64,000 bases of DNA from positions 480,001-544,000 of the forward strand of contig CBDDEL010000013.1 in NCBI GenBank assembly GCA_965226885.1. Direction: 5' to 3'. The position numbers and the translations under genes are program-made. Shown here one piece after another: positions 62,324 to 64,000 of the stretch; the stretch's first letter is position 1, and every line of letters starts with the position of its first letter. The notes under the pieces were generated by a model. It saw only the letters and a program-made list of their open reading frames with translations, was not told the DNA's origin and made no database searches. Source of the stretch: Opitutales bacterium (GTDB lineage: Bacteria; Verrucomicrobiota; Verrucomicrobiia; Opitutales; UBA2987).

Positions 62324-64000
62324 GCTTGCTGGATATTTCATTTATCCCACTGCGTGCGCTATCGGGATTTTTGGCTTATCGTTTGCCGGTTGTATTAAGT
62401 CGGAACAATATTCCGGCCAAGAGGGCAAAGGTAGAGCGGACAGCGCTGTCCATATCTCTTATCAGAAAAAAGGTCCACCGCCACAGGAGATCGATCCATC
62501 CATCCTGGCCAACCGTACTTTTAAGGAAGCTCCCATGCTGGCGGCCAAGGTTGCCGCTGGCGAATTGCCGCCCGTTTCCCAAAGGCTGCCGGAAAATCCC
62601 ATGGTTATTATTCCAGTGGATAGCATCGGGACCTATGGAGGAACCCTTCAACAGATTATCGAAAGCGACATCAATGAGGAATCGACCATACGGAAGACCC
62701 TGAGCGAGAACCTCATGCAGTACGCCAAACCGGTTCCCACCCAATTGCAAATCAACCTTGCGCAGAGCTATGAATTTGAGGACGAAGGGCGCAGTGTGAT
62801 TTTCAAAATACGCAAAGGCGTCAAATGGTCCGACGGAGCGCCTTTTACGGTGGATGACATTCTTTTCTGGTATGAGGACATGACCTTGAATGAAAAGGCC
62901 AGATACGCCCCGCTTTTTCCGTCCCGTTGGACCAGCCGCGGGAAGCCTTTAGGGATGGAAAAGATAGACGATCATACTTTGCGGATATTTGCTGATGAGC
63001 CGTTAGGGATGGTTTTGAGGACGCTCAGTTTCGACCATCTGGCCATCCCCAAGCATATTTTTTCCGAACACCACCCCCGCTATAATCCGAAGGCCGATTA
63101 CCAGAGCTTCCGATCGATGACCAGCGATGGGCAATTGGCCTACGAACCAGGCATACCTCGGCTCTCCGCCTGGGTGCCGGTCGAGTGGGTACATGGCCAA
63201 AAAGCGGTCTACGAACGCAATCCCTACTATTGGAAAGTGGATACGGAAGGCAACCAGCTCCCCTATGCCGACTGGCACGAATTCACGATATTGCGAAATC
63301 CCGATATTGCCTTCCTGAAGCTCATCAATGGAGAAATTGATCTTTATTCAAAAAGCCTGACCGACCCGAGCAAATACTCCTTGTTAAAGATTGAAGAAAA
63401 TAAAGGCGGCCTCATAACCAATAAAACCGCTTCCAGACTCAATGTTGCGTTTTATTTTAATTGGGACGTGCCCAATGTTTCTTTGCGCCAGGCATTTCGC
63501 AATCGCAGTGTGAGAATAGCTTTGTCACACGCTATAAACCGTTCGGAGATAAGCGAATTTCAATTCCAGGGGCATCTTGAGCCGGTGGGCTATTCTTTCA
63601 GTCCTTCGAGTCCCTGGTATTCGGCAGAACAATCGAAACTGCACTCCCAATACGATCCGCAGAAATCCCGCCAATTACTGGATGAAGCCGGTTACATGGA
63701 CAGAGATGGGGATGGCGTTCGCGAACTGCGGGACGGCACTCCTTTTTCGCTCATTTTGGATGTTTTCAACGAACACAAATCGACGATGGATTTATGCGAG
63801 TTGGTGGAAGAATATTGGGAAGCGGTGGGCGTTGATGTGGTTCTCAATTATGGACTGCAAGAAATTTTGATTCCTCGCAGAATCAATGGCACTTTTGAAG
63901 TAAACCTCACGGATCCTCCCATCGATCCCATGATCCAGGGGAATCATATCGGCTATCTGGGGCCGTTTCTTCCCTTTTGGCACCGCAATGCCGCGACTGA
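62316..64000 (+). CDS. ABC transporter solute-binding lipoprotein, family 5 (runs off right edge)
   Basis: Not in ORF track; manual translation MNKLAGYF...FAGC...EAPMLAAKVAAGELPPVSQRLPENP...KWSDGAPFTVDD; ATG overlaps upstream stop. Confidence 0.9.
   Translation, partial: MNKLAGYFIYPTACAIGIFGLSFAGCIKSEQYSGQEGKGRADSAVHISYQKKGPPPQEIDPSILANRTFKEAPMLAAKVAAGELPPVSQRLPENPMVIIPVDSIGTYGGTLQQIIESDINEESTIRKTLSENLMQYAKPVPTQLQINLAQSYEFEDEGRSVIFKIRKGVKWSDGAPFTVDDILFWYEDMTLNEKARYAPLFPSRWTSRGKPLGMEKIDDHTLRIFADEPLGMVLRTLSFDHLAIPKHIFSEHHPRYNPKADYQSFRSMTSDGQLAYEPGIPRLSAWVPVEWVHGQKAVYERNPYYWKVDTEGNQLPYADWHEFTILRNPDIAFLKLINGEIDLYSKSLTDPSKYSLLKIEENKGGLITNKTASRLNVAFYFNWDVPNVSLRQAFRNRSVRIALSHAINRSEISEFQFQGHLEPVGYSFSPSSPWYSAEQSKLHSQYDPQKSRQLLDEAGYMDRDGDGVRELRDGTPFSLILDVFNEHKSTMDLCELVEEYWEAVGVDVVLNYGLQEILIPRRINGTFEVNLTDPPIDPMIQGNHIGYLGPFLPFWHRNAAT

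Noticed and set aside
1..64000. CRISPR array, tRNA, rRNA, integron integrase or phage genes
   Set aside because: No regularly spaced repeats or recognisable motifs found by eye; all short repeats are two-copy and adjacent

Overview
Bacterial chromosomal window with two layers. (1) A glycan/sugar-acid scavenging neighbourhood: secreted FG-GAP, PA14/GH-like, FGE-PA14-BNR, beta-helix, LamG-propeller, sulfatase and PhoD proteins, three family-5 solute-binding lipoproteins, two ABC permeases, a porin, UxaE and a Tat-signal DgoD-like dehydratase. Also present are a DEAD-box helicase, an ABC-F ATPase, a BvgS-like hybrid kinase and a sigma-54 activator with an RtcR/CARF-like N-terminus. (2) Ongoing genome erosion: about 15.6 kb (about 24%) is near-identical IS DNA (two IS3 types, two IS1 types, IS1380, IS630), often nested with readable target-site duplications. 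At least a dozen short tandem micro-duplications (7-27 bp) frameshift two large genes, add residues to three proteins, and in one case remove a stop codon and fuse two genes. A conserved ~95-nt non-coding leader precedes two unrelated AT-rich genes 16 kb apart. I recognised no rRNA, tRNA or CRISPR array. All family assignments are by eye from motifs; no searches were run.
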